From: Eledone cirrhosa
Taxonomy: Eukaryota
Direction of reading: 5' to 3'
DNA: 64,000 nt
Assembly: GCA_964016885.1 (NCBI GenBank)
Contig: OZ024743.1
Span: 163,680,001 to 163,744,000 of the forward strand
The translations under genes were made by a program, and so were the position numbers. Under the pieces are notes generated by a model. It did not search any database. It was not told where the DNA came from and saw nothing but the letters and a program-made list of their open reading frames with translations. Each line of letters begins with the position of its first letter. Positions within the stretch are counted from its first letter, which is position 1. Below, in pieces: positions 1 through 12,542 of the stretch.

Positions 1-2268
1 TGAGATGGAGGGGTGCTTCAGCAAGACTACTGACAAGCAAACAGCATAGATACAAGCTTTACTGGGTAGGAAATGATGATGGGGTAGGAGGTGTAGGCAT
101 CTTGCTGGCTGAGAAATGGATAAAGTGATAGAAGTAGTTAGAGTAAGTAACAGAATTATCAAGCTTAGATTAGCAGAAGGAAATAGACTGGTGACAATTA
201 CATCTATGTATGCCCCACAGGCAGGACTGAATAAAGAACAAAAGGATAGGTTCTATGAGGAACTTTTACAGATAACTTCAGGTATTGATGAAAGAGACCA
301 CATCATCCTGTCAGGCAACTTCAGTGGACTTGTGGCGCAGTACCAGGACGGATTCAGTGGAGTTCACGGTGACTATGGTTATGACTTGAGAAACGATACA
401 TGATTGAAGCTCTTGGAATTCTGTGATGCAAATGAACTAAGCATTTGCAACACAATTTTAAGAAACAAGCTAGCCATCTGATCTCATATCAATCAGGTGA
501 AAACACAAGCCAAATTGATTACTTCCTCGTAAAATGAAATAAACAGACTGTAAGGCATTCCCTGGCAAAGAATGCACCACACAACACAAATTAGTTATTA
601 GTGACATCAGATTAAATGCAAGACAGAAGAAGATACACCAGAAAATATGGGGATGGAAGGTTTGGAAGCTAAAGGACCTTTCAGTTAAATATAAGTTCAG
701 AAAGGCCCTACATGTTGCATTTGTTGAGAGAAGTGACATATAATGTAGAGAACAATTGAAAATTCTTGCGTGACAACCTTTTGTGAATAACTGACAAGAC
801 TTGTAGCTGGAGTAAAATGCCAACCAGACATTGTGACCTGGTGATGGAACAGCACAGTGGATAGAGCCATTAAAACCAAGAGACAGGCATGGAAAGACTG
901 GAAAAATGGTGGAAGCTGAGACTGGTACCAGGTAGCTAAGAGAGAAGCTAGACAATAGCTATACACAGCTTGGAGAGTGGCTGAAAAGAGAAAGTTTGCC
1001 AATGTCTTGACAAGTGAGGTGTTCCACATTGCAAAGCAGTGTGTCACTGTGAATCAGGATGTTGTTGGGAAAAAGTGTGTTAGAAATGACTGATGCTCAA
1101 GAGAAAGAGGCCTGTAAATGTTACTATGAGAGACTGATGAATGCAGAGGATGATTGGGAGGAAGAGAAACTACCCCCAACTTAGAAGGACCAGCTATTGA
1201 AGCTGACAGTTAAAGATCAAAGAAGCAATCAGAGATAAAAAATGGTAAAGCTGCAGGACCATCAGAGATAGCTGCTGAGATGCTAAAAGTATCGGGAGAT
1301 GTAGGAGTTGAACTAGTAACCCGCATAGTCAATCAAGTAATGGAGTCATATGCAATGACTGGTGCAGCAGTACAATCGTAAATTGCTTCAAGGGCAAAGG
1401 GAATGTTCTAGAAAGGCACAACTATAGAAGTATAAAACTAATGGACCTTGTTATGAAAGTGACGGAAAGAGTTATAGAGCAGCTAATTAGAGAAAGAGTC
1501 AAATTAGACGTGATGCAGTTTGGTTTCATGCCTGGGAAAAGTACTACAGATGCCCTCTTTCTAGTAAGAAGTTCCTATCCAAAAATAAGCTACTATACTT
1601 AGCTTTTTTTATCTAGAAAAGGCCTTTGACAGAGTAGCTCGGTCTATTATCTGGTGATCCTTAAGGAAATAAGTACAGAAGAATGGCTTATGAGGGCAGT
1701 GCAAGCCATGTACAGAATAACTGTTAGTAAAGTAAGAGTTGGAAAGTTTAGAGAGCTACTGCCACAACAAAAGGTTTCTCCTTACATATAAAAAGATGAT
1801 GTATGACACCCGAGTGTGAATTGCAATGCTGCATGGTAGTGAAACATGGGCTGTGACTGCAGAAGACATGCATAGACTGGAGAGAAATGAAGCAGCCATA
1901 CTTCGTTGGATGTACAATGTAAATATGAGAGAAAGGCAGAACTTGGATGAGTTGAGGGAGAAGCTGGGCTTAAGAGGAATCCAAAATATGGTGCAAGAGA
2001 GTAGACTGTGTTGGTTTGGACATGTGATGCGCATGGACAATGATCGTTGGGTGAAGAAATGCCAGGAAATGCCAGTGGAAGGAGGCCACAGTAGAGGTAG
2101 ACCAAAAATGACCTGGGCAGAGGTTGTGAGAGCTGACCTCAAATCACTGAGACTCACAGAGAGGTTGATGAAAGAACACGGCGAGTGGCGAGATGCTGTA
2201 CTGAGAAGGACCCATCTAACCCATGCAAGTGTGGAAAAACTGACATAAAAATGATGATGATGATGATT
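1..2268 (+). mobile_element. Degenerate RTE-clade LINE (APE endonuclease + RT remnants), 5' end outside window, (ATG)n tail
   Basis: ORF 116-403 has APE motifs (ITSMYAPQ, GNFSG for GDFNG). ORF 1826-2248 is the RTE C-terminus (LHGSETW, RL.WFGHV.RM, RGRP..TW). Many frameshifts. Tail atgatgatga at ~2251-2267. Confidence 0.95.
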
Positions 2269-2460
2269 GTATATGTATCTATATATATATATATAAATAA
2301 CAATATGGAGGTGCATGGCTTAGTGGTCATTAATGACTGAAAGGGGCCTACGATATATATATATATTCCCTTCCTCTCTCATTTGTTCTTTTCCTTTTAT
2401 TCAGTTTCAATATGAGATAATTAGTTTTAATATATTTTTTCTAACCATCACCATTACCAA

Positions 2461-2900
2461 CATGTGATAGAGGGATAAAACTTAGCTCTGTTTATGTGTG
2501 ATAGAGGGCTAAAACTTAGTTCTGTTTATGTGTGATAGAGGGCTAAAACATAGCTCTGTTTATGAATGGCTGAGTGCCAAGTTTTATCTCTACTTATATG
2601 TGGTAGAGTGCTAAGTGTTAGCTCTATTTATGTGTGGTAGACTACTAAAATTTAGCTCTCCTTATGTGTTGAGTGTTAAATATTAGCTCTGGTAATCTGT
2701 AGTCAACATCTAAATATTAGTTCTACTTATTTGTTATAGAGTGCCAAGTTTTAGCACTGTTTATGTGTGGTAGAGTACTAAATCTTAACTCTATTTATAT
2801 GTGTTTTAGAATCTTTGGTCATCTTAGCTTTTTTTTATGTCTGGTAAAGTGTTAAAGCTTTGCTCTCTTTATATGAGGTAGCTCTGTAGCTTAGCATTTT
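2461..2900. repeat. Degenerate 34-bp tandem repeat (~12-13 units)
   Basis: Unit tgtgatagagggctaaaacttagctctgtttatg starts at 2463, 2497 and 2531, then decays rightwards. Confidence 0.85.
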
Positions 2901-3146
2901 TTGTGAACCTTTAATTTGTGATCTCCCTTATAATTGGATATATTAGCATTTCATTTGATATATACACAATGTACACTATTCTTCCCCAGTTTAGATTTCT
3001 CCCTAATTCCCTCCTCGGCGAAAATTCCAATTGCTCCCATTTGAGAATCACTGATCTATCTTGTATCAAATACATTTCAAGATGGTATCATCCACTGAAT
3101 TGTTGCGCATTATGATTTACTTTGAACATACAATATATTCTTCCAG

Positions 3147-3383
3147 ATATCAAGAAAAGTGTGAAAGTGAAGAAACGTTCTTCATCGAAGAAAGCCAGTG
3201 GATCAGTTATTGGTATGACCACTTTGGACAAAGATCAGGAACTTATTGGAATTAAAGAGAGATCAACCTCACCGTCCACAGAACTCTCAGATGTTCAACT
3301 TGGAATTGAAACTGAGGATATTACTTCTACTTTAAATAAAAACATTGATCTTGCAAATGATGACATATCACGAACTCATGATG
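3147..3383 (+). CDS. Putative internal exon A of unidentified host gene (phase 1-1, 237 nt; Lys/Ser-rich then acidic)
   Basis: Acceptor ttcttccag|AT, donor GATG|gtaaga. Stop-free in the frame of ORF 3122-3442 (DIKKSVKVKK...ISRTHD). Non-repetitive sequence. Confidence 0.75.
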
Positions 3384-3465
3384 GTAAGAATCTGTTTTCT
3401 TTATATTCTTGTGTAATTTATGTTTATTGTAATACCATGTAATTTTATTGTGGCCGAGTGTTTAA

Positions 3466-4253
3466 CCCTATAGAGTTCAAACCGCCCGATAACACCCACA
3501 CTAAAATATTGTTCTAAAAATAAACATACCATCATTAAAATCTTGTCAATTTGAGATTACTGTGAGATTAGGCCCTTACCGCGAAAATTAACACTTAATA
3601 TAGTGAAACAACTTAAAACAACATGTGTTTTTTTAACGTTGAAAGTAGAACAAATTTTTTGTGTATCAACATGGCTTGTGAAAGTAGTAATACCGACTTT
3701 GAAGGTTTTACACACGACGACATTCAGAATGAACAAGAAACAAAGGATAATATTAGTGATTTATCTTCAAATGAATCAGATGTTTACATTTCTGAAATTT
3801 CATCCGAAATTTAGAATTAAACCAGTATTTGCACCTGGTTGATACTTCAAATGCCCCTATTAATTAATTTCACCTGCCCATAAAAGTCAAATTTAACCAA
3901 ATAAATCAGGTAAAATTATATAATTGTAAATTATTGATATTTAAACATCTACTGACAAAATTTCAAGCCTGCACATAGAAAATTAAGAAAATTACAAACA
4001 AATAAAATTGATAACCCTCTTGAGTATGATTAACTCAAAATAATTGTTTCTACTTTTGGCACAAGGCCAGCAATCACCCAGCGCATTACTGGTACTTTAT
4101 TTTATTGACCCCGTAAAGATGAAAGGCAAAGTTAACCTCGGCGGGATTTGAACTCAAAATGGCAAGGGCCGTAACTCTTTGCGTCAAAGCATGGCGTCCG
4201 ACCCTGCGAACAGATAAGCATGACATTTGAAAATTAATGCGAATGCTAAAGGG
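3466..4253 (+). mobile_element. Non-autonomous piggyBac-type DNA transposon with nested SINE
   Basis: TTAA at 3462-3465 and 4254-4257. Imperfect TIRs CCCTATAGAGTTC / GAATGCTAAAGGG. Internal acidic peptide (MACESSNTDFEGF...) resembles a transposase N-terminus remnant. Confidence 0.75.
4043..4200 (-). mobile_element. tRNA-derived SINE fragment (B-box gagttcaaatccc + gcctttcatc...ggggtc.ataaaataaagtaccagt domain)
   Basis: The same sequence recurs at ~6072-6185, 43945-44075, 58770-58900 (-) and 40170-40240, 60285-60390 (+). Confidence 0.85.
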
Positions 4254-4254
4254 T

Positions 4255-4520
4255 TAAGGTGTTGGACTTTCAATCATAATGTTGTAAGTTTGATTCCCAG
4301 ACCAGGTTGTGTATTGCATTCTTGAGCAAAACACTTCATTTCAAGTTGCTCCAGTATATTCAACTGAAAATGAGTACCAGCTGTAGCTGTGAGTTTAACC
4401 CTGTATTGACTAGCATCTTGTCTAGAGGGTGAATGTTGTACTCTCAGTCACTTAACACTAAGGAAACTGGAATAGGTGCTGGCCTAATGAACTTCTGGGC
4501 TTGAGACAGACTTTAAGACT
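4255..4520 (+). mobile_element. Degenerate tRNA/CORE-like SINE
   Basis: Contains cttgagcaaaacacttcatttc..ttgctccagt, shared with the SINE at 56820-57168. Confidence 0.65.
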
Positions 4521-4559
4521 TTGATATATTATACATTAGGATAAAATATTTTAAGCATC

Positions 4560-5135
4560 AACAATCAATAATTCTCTACAAAGCTCAGGTGAGACTGTCA
4601 AAATGGAGTACTGCTTCCACATCTGGGATGGTGTTGCTGCTGCTCACATCCAGAAATAGTCACTCAGCTAATCAATCTTTCAGAGGCGTACTCCGGCCTC
4701 TGACCCATAGACGTGTTGTCTCCTTCTACTGTACATTTTCCTGGAATCAATGAAGACTCTTCAAGACAATAACTTTGATCTGAAGGAAGAGTGGTGAAGA
4801 TCATGGAATGAGTCCAAATTTGCCAACTAAGACCTTGTTCAAGACCCCACATCTAAACTAGTCAGCTTTGACCTTCCCAGAAAGTAATGGATGTCCCTTA
4901 ATCGGATCCACACAACACATGCCAGGTCAGCCAATCATCCCCATTGATGGAAAATGAAAGACAGCTCAGCGTCTGTGGGGACTCTGACCAAACAGTGCTG
5001 CATCTTGTTCAAGATTGTCCCCTTAGACGTTTTCCTGGCAGTGTGGAGGCAATCCATAATACTACAAATGATGCCATAGTCTGGCTCACCAATTTCGATC
5101 TGTCTTTCTAACCATTGTGCATATGCTATATGAGA
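4560..5135 (+). mobile_element. Old LINE 3' fragments (CR1/L2-like LYKAQVR..MEYC segment plus a second LINE C-terminal piece)
   Basis: Degenerate RT C-terminal motifs. The second piece is homologous to 45830-46030 (-). Confidence 0.5.
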
Positions 5136-5229
5136 AGAAGAAAACTGTACACTTTTTAAATTATTAGCAATCAAATAATGTTGGGTACAAAGGAGTTTTT
5201 ACACAGACAATGGTTCTAGCGTTGGTGCA

Positions 5230-7620
5230 ATGTTAAAATGCTCTCAGTACATTCTAGAAAGGAATGTTAGGAAGGGCATCCAATCATAGAAACCATGCCA
5301 AAAATGGAACACATGAATGAGATATGATCTCCTGTTCAGTCTGCGAGTGCAGTAACCCCAGATAACTAACTCAGAGAGTGATGACCTTCCCAAACTATTT
5401 CAGCTCAGAAACTAAATGTTAAAAGATGATGATGATATATTTTATCATTTTATATCTGCTTGTCTATGCTTGCATGGGTTGGACATGATGATGATAATTT
5501 TATATTTTGGCAGGTTTTATCTGGCTTGGTGCCCCTCCTATCACCAACCACTTTACAGCATGGACTGGGTGCATTCTTCCTTCCACCAACATTAGAGAGG
5601 TTATCTGACCAAACTCAAGAGTCCTCCCCAGTTTTTATTCAGTGATTGCTTCCTTAACTGCCTTCACTGTGGCTTATGGAGTCCACTATGGATTATATAT
5701 ATTTACTGCTTTCTTTTGTGTTATATGTTTAATTGCTTTCTTTCAGTGTTGTGTGTTTAATCGCTACCAGTTTACTGAGTGCATTGGGTGTATTTTAAAA
5801 AGTTACTAGGTGCATTTTATTGCGGCACCACCACTACCACTTTATAGAGTGTATTGGGTACATTTTATGGCACCAGCACTACCACTTTACAAGATGTACA
5901 TGGTGCATTTTGTTGCTACAAGACTAAATAGTCCTACTACTTTATTTTGTCTCATGTTATTTGAAACCAATGTGACCAAAGAAGTGAATAGAAGGGGTGA
6001 TGAAAGTAGAAGGGTGAGAGTATATTGGGTAAAGCAGGGTGTTTGGGTTGGGAGCTTAGTAAAGGCAAAATTAATTGTTTCTACTTTTGGCACAAGGCCA
6101 GCAATTACCCAGTACATTGCTGGTACTTTATTTTATCGACCCCGTAAGGATGAAAGGCAAAGTTAACCTCAGCAGGATTTGAACGAGTAAAGGCAAAATT
6201 AATGGAGAAGAGACAGTAAAGGAGGAAACAATGATGGTAGATGTGTAATGATAGAAGGATGAGGGATCATCATCACTGTTTTGTCAAACCCATTAAACTC
6301 ATACTTGCTTGGATTTGATGGATTATCAAATTCTAAGATTAGACATCACATGACCACATTTTGTCCATACATTTCATTTTTACAGAGTTTCTACAGCTGG
6401 ATTCCCTTCCTAATGCCAACCACTTTGCAGAGTGGACTGGGTGCTTTTTTATAATGATTCCAGCACTATAATTTTATAGAATGTACTGGAGGCATTTTAT
6501 TAAGGTGCTACCGGTGTTGTCTTTGATGTAACATTTTTATATGATCTTCAATAATTCAAATTTACTTTTAATTATTGGAAATTATTGGATTATATACAGT
6601 ATGGTTAATTAAATATTTATGAGACTTTGAGATCTTGTTGAGATAATCTGAAATTGATGTTCGGATAATTGAGGTTTGAGTATAACTGAAAAGAAATCTG
6701 AAATAGATTGGCCAAGTCATGATTGTAGTGGATGAATTTTTAAATATCAACCTAATATCTCTCAAATCACAGCACACCATCTTTACTCACTAGTTTTATG
6801 ATACAAAACTGTTTATTTTAAAGTATTTATATTTGTTTAAAAACCTTCATCATAGTTTTATGTAAAAACCTTCAAATTGTTCCAAAACCAGCTAAACCCT
6901 TTTGTTACCTACCTGGCCAAAAATGTCTCTATGAAATAAAACCACCCATTTTAAAGTTTTCCAATTTAAATTAAAATCTTCCAACATAATTTTATACAAG
7001 AACCACCACTACCACCTTACATTAAGTTACTATCTTAATAATTAAATAATTAAGAATTTTAGTAAATCTCTCAAGATTCTTCATTAACTAATTGAAATAG
7101 AGTGTATTTCATTAGAAATCTGGTAATGAAAAAGTTAGTTATCTTACTAAATCCCTTGAAATTCTTGATTATTTTCAAAATGATTTGATAATATAATCCC
7201 TGATAGGTTCTAAGAGGAAGGTCACGTCATTGGAATGATTTTGGTCTGAGCTGACTAGGGACTAAACACCACTAACAACATCATGAATAAAACTACTGCA
7301 CAACAAATATATTTATCATCATCCCGTGCCACACAACTACACCACTGTAATCATACCTAACATGCAACCTTCATTGCTACTGGTCAGGTAACCACATCAT
7401 GCTGATAGGTTCCATTTTGGACTTGGTTTCTACAGTTGGATGCCCTTCCTAATGCCAACCATATGCATTTTATTATGGCACAAGCCCTACCACCTTACAT
7501 GACTGACTGGGTATTTTTTTTATCATGGTATCAGCACTATCATTTTACAGTGTGAGCTGGATCTGTTAGTGGGGTGTGTGTATTTTATCATGGCACCAGT
7601 ACTGCCCCATTACAACACTA
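5230..7620. mobile_element. Cluster of decayed RTE-related non-autonomous elements and SINE fragments
   Basis: Recurrent ttaggaagggcatcca / tggatgcccttcctaa motif, catttacag-type subrepeats and (ATG)n/(CAT)n tails. Confidence 0.7.
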
Positions 7621-8349
7621 GGATGCTCATTGTATCCTCAGCCAGGCTGGGGAAGGCAGTGATTGGAATGAGAAGGGAAGAGGAGAGGGTATCCTCCCAC
7701 AGAGGAGGAGCAAATGTTATGTACAAGAGGTGTTGAAGCAAATGAGTGATATCTGGCATTATATTGTGAATGTGCTCGACTTTCCATGTTGGCCTGGATT
7801 GAATGGGGTAAATGAGTCAGTAATGGGAGTGAAAGTAGGGGACAGTTCTCCCTGACTTTCCATGTTGGCAATTGTTGGATAAGGAAAGATGGGGGGTGAT
7901 GGGTGTGAGTTGGGGGAGAAATGCATTGGGGACTTAAATAGTGAGAGGGGCGAAATTGGGTTTATACCAGCAGTGACTTAAATGTTGCTACACCTCTGGT
8001 TCTAAGGTGGGGGTTGACAGACAGGGGGAATTGGGTGAATACTGGCAGGTGGGGACCTATATATATATATATATATACACACATGCACACGTGCACAAGC
8101 ATGTATATGTATATTTATTTATACACACACATATACAAAACATCTGATTTACTTATTTACAAATTTCTCCCATTTGAATAACTACTCCAAGGGTGTAAAA
8201 ATGATGAATGCAGCGAAATATTAGACACATATCAACACTTTGGAATGTCTTACAATCAAAAGGAGACTTTTCTTCTCTTTATTTTTTGGAGAGAAAAAAG
8301 AGAAAAATAAACAAAATTACTGAATTCTCGCTTGACGAACCACAATTGA

Positions 8350-8379
8350 AATATTATTGCTATTATTATTATCATTATT

Positions 8380-8452
<73 letters not shown>
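8350..8452. repeat. (TTA)n/(TTG)n microsatellite
   Basis: Directly visible. Confidence 0.98.
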
Positions 8453-8455
<3 letters not shown>

Positions 8456-8625
8456 ACTGTTAAACCTTAGGGTTGCCTGAATTATTATACACATACTTAC
8501 AAAGAGAAAGATACATCATCATCATCGTTTTAACATCAACTTTTCCATGGTGACATGGATTGGATGTGTCTATGTATGTGAAAAGTATAAGGAAAACAAT
8601 ATGGTATAATGAAGATATAAATATT

Positions 8626-10560
8626 CTCGCAGAGGCGCTTGGCATTGCTCAGGAATAAAATTGTTCCTTATATATTAGAAGTAAAAAATAAAATATGTTG
8701 TATAGAAATTTGTTAATCTAAATTCCATTTATTCTTCAATTGGGATACATGATGAAATCAATTCTGAATTCATAATACAAAAAAAAATAATAATAAAAAA
8801 CAAAGATACAAAATTTACCATTTTATGAAGGGAGATAAATTCTATCACAATATGTTGAAGGAAATTACTTAAAAGCTTCTGGGTAAACAACATTCTTTGT
8901 TTTCTGGTTTGGAGCATAGAGAAATAAGTCTTGTAAACCTGGAGCAACCAACATAAAGTTGACCATGAGAAAAGCAAGATTCAATTAAGTGCAAGCCAGT
9001 AGATTTCAAAGTCTAACCTTGAGCTTTATTAATAGACATGATGATGATGATGATGATGATGATGCGAAGCAAAGTCACACTGGGAATTGTGTTTAGTTGA
9101 ACTCAAATGGCATGTCTGTTGGTTTGATTGGAATTCTTGGAATGTAAACATTTTCTCCAGACACATCCAGTGATGATGGTAGCTTCTATCACATTAGGTG
9201 ATGATGTCTTCACAATCAACCTTGTTCCATTGTATAATTTAGGAGGATATAAATTTCTTAGAAGCATTATTGCGACTCCTACTTTCAGAAAAAGTTTATG
9301 TGGAGGTGTTCCAGGTGGCTCAAGAGAATTAAGGTACTCTGTTGAGCTTGATTTTAATCAAGGATTGAATCAACTGATTTGTATTCCTTAATGACTGTTG
9401 GAATCTTATTCATTAATTCAGGGTTAATCCTTGAGCAAGAATTGCCCTTTCACAAAACCATTTATGTGAATTATAATTATTACTTAAGTCTGGAAATACC
9501 CTGTTCTTCAATTCAGCTGGTGAATCCACCATGATAGCAATATGAGCCAAATTGATATCACCATTTCCATCAATTGGTACTGTCCCATTTCCTAATTGGA
9601 GGAGCTGGGTTGAAAACTGTTTGTCCCTATGTAATAAAGCTCTCATGTTAGTATTAAAGGAGAAATTCTTTACTTTATTCCATAGGTGCGAAGACTTAAT
9701 GCATGCTTTTATTTCATCAGCTCCTCTTGGAATGACTGGTAATGTCTCTCCTCAGATCTTAGAATGATTTGGAACCACATACTTCATGCAAAAGGAGCCG
9801 TAAGTAGTAGCTTGGCTTGGGTGGACACTGTAAATTCTTGCAAGAACATCAGCCCCATGTTTCCTCTTGTACCATTTATTGTTTCTCCAGGTGTAATATT
9901 TCAGTAATTCTAGGTAAAGGAGTTTTCTTGCATCTTCATCTTCTTGACAACTTAAAAAAGGCAGTAAAGGTAGTTTTGTTTGGAGAAAGTGCTTGTTGCA
10001 AGGCTGTTTGTTTTGTAAAGATAACCCTTTGGCCATTCTTTACATGGACACTCAGATGAATGATGGCTGGGTGCCTCTCATGAATGGGAAAATTGAAGAT
10101 GTTTCAAAAAGCCTCATTGCTACTGATGTATCTTCCTCTCTCATACTGTGCAACTTCGTCACTTTTATTTATCTGCTGACTGCCATTCTGCATAAGAATG
10201 TATGTTGCAGCATCTAAACCTTTGTTTATATATTTGCAAACATGCTTAATAAACTTAAGAGAGTTGCAGAATTCAACATTGATATGGGCTTTGAAAGTTT
10301 TTGTAAGAAGACAGTAGGGTACAACCCACCGATTGTCAATGATGAATTCATGCCCATTTCTCTTTTTTTCTTTTCCTTTTTTCCGAAGTGAATCCACCAT
10401 GCCCAGGTTTTCTTCTCCTGTAAACGGAGTAGCCACCTTCTCCAGTTTGGGTTTCTTGTACAGAGGGATGTGGGAAGTTCTTGGTACACTTATTATCCCT
10501 TATGCATGGGGAGGATAGATTAATTGAATCACAGGGCCCATGAATCATCTGGGTCTTGAC
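8626..10560 (-). mobile_element. Degenerate Helitron (Rep/PIF1-helicase remnants) with decayed 3' hairpin end
   Basis: Minus-strand peptides MIHGPC, DNRWVVPY, AHINVEFC, RYISSNEA, ARIYSVHP, ERAILA and CFSHGQLYVGCS. Terminal motif cctgagcaatgccaagc matches the Helitron 3' hairpin at 12242-12257. Confidence 0.9.
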
Positions 10561-10629
10561 AATTTCATGCAGTAAAGGATCTTGCTGTGGATCAGGCAGT
10601 TCAACTGAGATAGATAAATCAATCTCATT

Positions 10630-11005
10630 ACTGGTGACATGACAAAAAGAACCCAGTCCACCCTGTAAGGTGGTTGTACTGGTGATGCAACAAAAAGAAC
10701 CCAGTCCACCCTGTAAGGTGGTTGTACTGCTGACACAACAAAAAGAACCAAGTCCACCCTGTAAGGTAGTTGTACTTGTGACTTAACAAAAAGAACCCAA
10801 CCCACTCTGTAAGGTACTCGTACTGGTGACATGACAAAAAGAACCCAGTCTACCCTGTAAGGTGGTTGTGTTCATGACAAACAACATCCAGTCCACACTG
10901 TAAAGTGTGAGCAAGACACAATCACCTGATCTGACTTATGTCACTACTGGATAACTCATCTAACCCATGCTAGTGGGGAAAATGGATGTTAGACGGTGAT
11001 GATAA
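10630..11005 (+). repeat. 48-bp tandem repeat (~5-6 units) within an RTE-related non-autonomous element
   Basis: Unit actggtgacatgacaaaaagaacccagtccaccctgtaaggtggttgt at 10630, 10678 and onward, followed by the RTE-type 3' end (ctaacccatgctag...gatgat). Confidence 0.85.
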
Positions 11006-11499
11006 AAGTAGAATTTCTTCCACCTGAAATTTCTTTTTTTTAATATACAGGAAAATTTCTTCCTGTATGAGTTTCATGACTTAAGTGCTATAAAAAGCAA
11101 CAATTTTAACTATACAATAATTCTAAATATAAAATGTTTTATGTGGTAGAAAATATGAAGGGCAAATGATGACAAATGAAACAAAACATAAGAAAGTAAT
11201 GTTTTACCTAGTGTATTTTAGCATGATATTTCAGGACTATTTTCTATATAAATTGTTCTATAAAATTAAATTGTTTTATGTATTTAAATTGTTTTATAAT
11301 TAACTCTTAATGACACTAGCTCATGAAACTGCAGTCATGAAATGTTCAAAACCATACTATGACTGCCTCACATTAAAAATTAGTCTTTTGCAAATTTTCC
11401 CAATAATCTGTCCACTAGTGAAGAACTATAAACATTTGAATTAATAATACTGTTTTTAGATATTTTATATATAACTTTTAACGTCATATGATGTTAAAA

Positions 11500-11670
11500 G
11501 ATATCTATATATCTAAAACAGAGAATGTCTGTCTGTCTGTCTGACTCCCTAAAACTCAAGAACCACCCAACCGATTGTTTTCAAACTTTACACACATATG
11601 GTCCTGTGAGTGTTTTGAGCAACAAAAAATTACAAATTTTCAATGCATTAGGCGATTTAGCAATCTCTCT
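11500..11670 (+). mobile_element. Helitron-like non-autonomous element 5' end
   Basis: TCTATATATCTAAAA followed by (GTCT)n and caaccgattg..ttcaaactttacaca, the layout typical of animal non-autonomous Helitrons. Confidence 0.55.
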
Positions 11671-11917
11671 CTATAATTCTTAGTCCTTCTTTTTAGATAG
11701 ATACATAGATATAACGTTGCGTCCTTATAATATCTGTCTGTATGCCTGGCTGTCTGCATTACGACATTATGTGCTTTATGTGTGTGTGTGTATATATATA
11801 TAGTGTGTAACGTTTTTCGAAATATTTACTTCTGCGTTCACAGATTGATTTTTTAAGTTTCAGAAGATCCCGTTAAGGGTGAAAGCAGCAATTCTTTGCT
11901 TAAACTTTAATCTGTTA

Positions 11918-11974
<57 letters not shown>

Positions 11975-12229
11975 CGCAATATATATATTATGACGCAACG
12001 TTATACTATATGCTTCAGCATATAGTAGTCAAAAGAAGCGAGGTAGGCATAAAAGCCAAACTCATTTGTACCAACTCTTACTTATCTTGGATAATGACCA
12101 AAAGCGTACAATCGTGAATTCAAGCGACAGAAATGGGGTTCCTCGAAAGGGTCTTTGGAGTAACGCTACTCTTAATTATAGAGCAATTTTATATATGAAA
12201 TAATTTTAGTTACTGAAAACTTATATATA

Positions 12230-12374
12230 CTAGCAGAATGGCCCGGCATTGCTCGGGATTTGCTCTAGGGTTCTATATATATTTGATATATATTTATCCT
12301 TATCGAGCCTCGTGAAATAAATACGTTTGTTTATATTTTGTTATTGTGTATGCAAAAATATCTGCACACCAATA

Positions 12375-12409
<35 letters not shown>

Positions 12410-12506
12410 GAAAAGGTATACCTTTTCCTATTACCCACTCTACTACCCTAATTATTGAGTACTCTGGTGCGTTATGGTTCATCTGGTTCCTTACCACAAT
12501 TCCTTC

Positions 12507-12542
<36 letters not shown>

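Noticed and set aside
8208-8456. Poly-Cys ORF
   Set aside because: Translation of a (TTG)n microsatellite.
8870-8940. Minus-strand exon suggested by ttgctccag|gt in ORF 8729-8977
   Set aside because: Another frame gives the Helitron helicase end (SHGQLYVGCS...TKNVVY).
10630-10900. Repeat-spacer-like 48-bp array and its repetitive ORFs
   Set aside because: Contiguous diverged tandem units of a retroelement subrepeat. The ORFs are by-products.
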